A stretch of 63,481 nucleotides of DNA, filler included, from Hyphochytrium catenoides (taxonomy: Eukaryota; Protista; Hyphochytriomycota), in the NCBI GenBank assembly GCA_900088475.1. It is 11 parts of 11 records of this genome, joined end to end, with 100 filler letters (N's around TTAATTAATTAA, not from the genome) between each part and the next. Parts side by side here need not be neighbours in the genome. Positions count along the whole stretch, not along the records: positions 60,279 to 63,481 come from FLMG01000210.1; 10 more parts are not named here. One strand, given 5' to 3'. Under the pieces are notes generated by a model. It did not search any database. It saw nothing but the letters and a program-made list of their open reading frames with translations, and was not told the origin of the DNA. Numbering within the stretch: position 1 is the first letter of the stretch; the number at the start of each line of letters is the position of its first letter. Below are positions 62,367 to 63,481 of the stretch, one piece after another. The position numbers were made by a program, and so were the translations under genes.

Positions 62367-62739
62367 GTTTCCTCCCGGCGTCACACTCTCTCTCTCTCTC
62401 TCCTCGCTTTTTCTCTCTCTTGTTCTTCTATCCCTTGGACTAGTTCTCTGCACCTGGTCTTCTTCTTTTCTCCTAATCAAGCTCTGCCATGTATCTCAAA
62501 GGCCCTACTCTCTCTCTCTTACTCTCTCTTGAGGCGCCCCAGGGCCTTGTCTCTCTATGGCCTTGCGCTTCTCTTCGTCCCTGCTCGCCTTATCCTCTTT
62601 TATCCTCTTCTAAGTCTGTCTATATCTTCTGCTTTGAAAAAGTCTCTCTCCAAGGTCCTGGTAGATGTGCTTTCCTATTATTTGAGTTCTTGAGGGAAGA
62701 AGTTGACCGCAGAGATGAGTAGACAATAAATGGAGAAAG

Positions 62740-62794
<55 letters not shown>

Positions 62795-63481
62795 AGAGAG
62801 AGAAAGAGTCTAAGAAGCAGAGAGAAAGTTTGAGAGAGAGTAAAGGATGAAGGTTAGCCAGGATAAAGACAAGAAAAGAAGGCTACTTGTACAGGTAAAC
62901 GAAAGAAAGAGTAAGGAGATAAAGGCCTTATAACGAGGGACATTCAATCTTGAGAGCGATAAGAGTGAGAGATTTACGCGAGACGAACGAGACGGAGAGA
63001 CTAAGGGGGAAACACAAAAAGACAGAGCAGAGAGAGTGAGTGTGAGAGAGAACAAGAGTGTGAGAAGAGCGAAAGAGAGAGAGAAGAGCGAGAGAGAGAA
63101 GAGCGAGAGAGAGAAGAGCGAGAGAGAGAGAGAGAGAGAGAGAGAACGAGAGAGAGAGGGAAAGAGAGAAGATCTCCCTTGAGCCACTCTCTGAACAGAG
63201 GCAGACATACAATGTAACGACTTTACCATTTCAAACTGAAAGTTTACACAGTAAAAACACAATCCCCCTTTTACCGCTTGTATTAGGAATAATACTGTAC
63301 AGTTTGCGTGGCCCATTGAAATGTGTATCAGCCTATTCTAGATATTGAAGACGTGGGGTTGAAAGGTCAGCTTCAAGAATGTACATTCTCAACCACAGTC
63401 ATTCTGCCTTCTTCTGGCTCTCTTGCGCTGCTCTCCTGTGTGGCACTCCTGCCTGGTCACTCTTCTCTCGCTCTCTCTCTC

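Noticed and set aside
62480-62700. Stop-codon reassignment suggested by coding-like sequence with stops
   Set aside because: Well-supported genes here terminate normally at TAG and TGA and have no internal stops.

Overview
This is eukaryotic (probably protist) draft genome sequence with GT-AG introns and the standard code. It is not one continuous locus: 11 contigs/scaffolds are joined by ten artificial 100-bp spacers (44 N + TTAATTAATTAA + 44 N), so adjacency across spacers has no biological meaning. Two compartments alternate. (1) Transposon graveyards (1-9.5 kb, 20.2-29.3 kb, 29.4-34.3 kb, 53-55.5 kb) hold nested, mostly degenerate Ty1/copia elements, several LTR families, CRE-like and APE-type non-LTR fragments, a PIF/Harbinger element, an intron-containing piggyBac and a family of non-autonomous elements with GAA-triloop hairpin ends (rolling-circle-like). 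(2) Gene contigs, mostly saturated with (CT)n/(GA)n microsatellites, carry a 7-exon TrmL-like tRNA methyltransferase, a stand-alone GltD-like glutamate synthase small subunit with a mitochondrial-type presequence, an RluB/RsuA-family pseudouridine synthase, an ABM monooxygenase, a secreted FG-GAP protein, a tandem GNAT, a SAP-like/LRR protein and a secreted protein built entirely from small phase-0 exons. The most interesting leads are the all-symmetric short-exon secreted gene (49.0-52.8 kb), the hairpin-ended element family, a 3.1-kb contig bounded by 46-bp inverted repeats with no recognisable transposase, and the stand-alone mitochondrial GltD. All family assignments are motif recognition by eye; no database searches were run.
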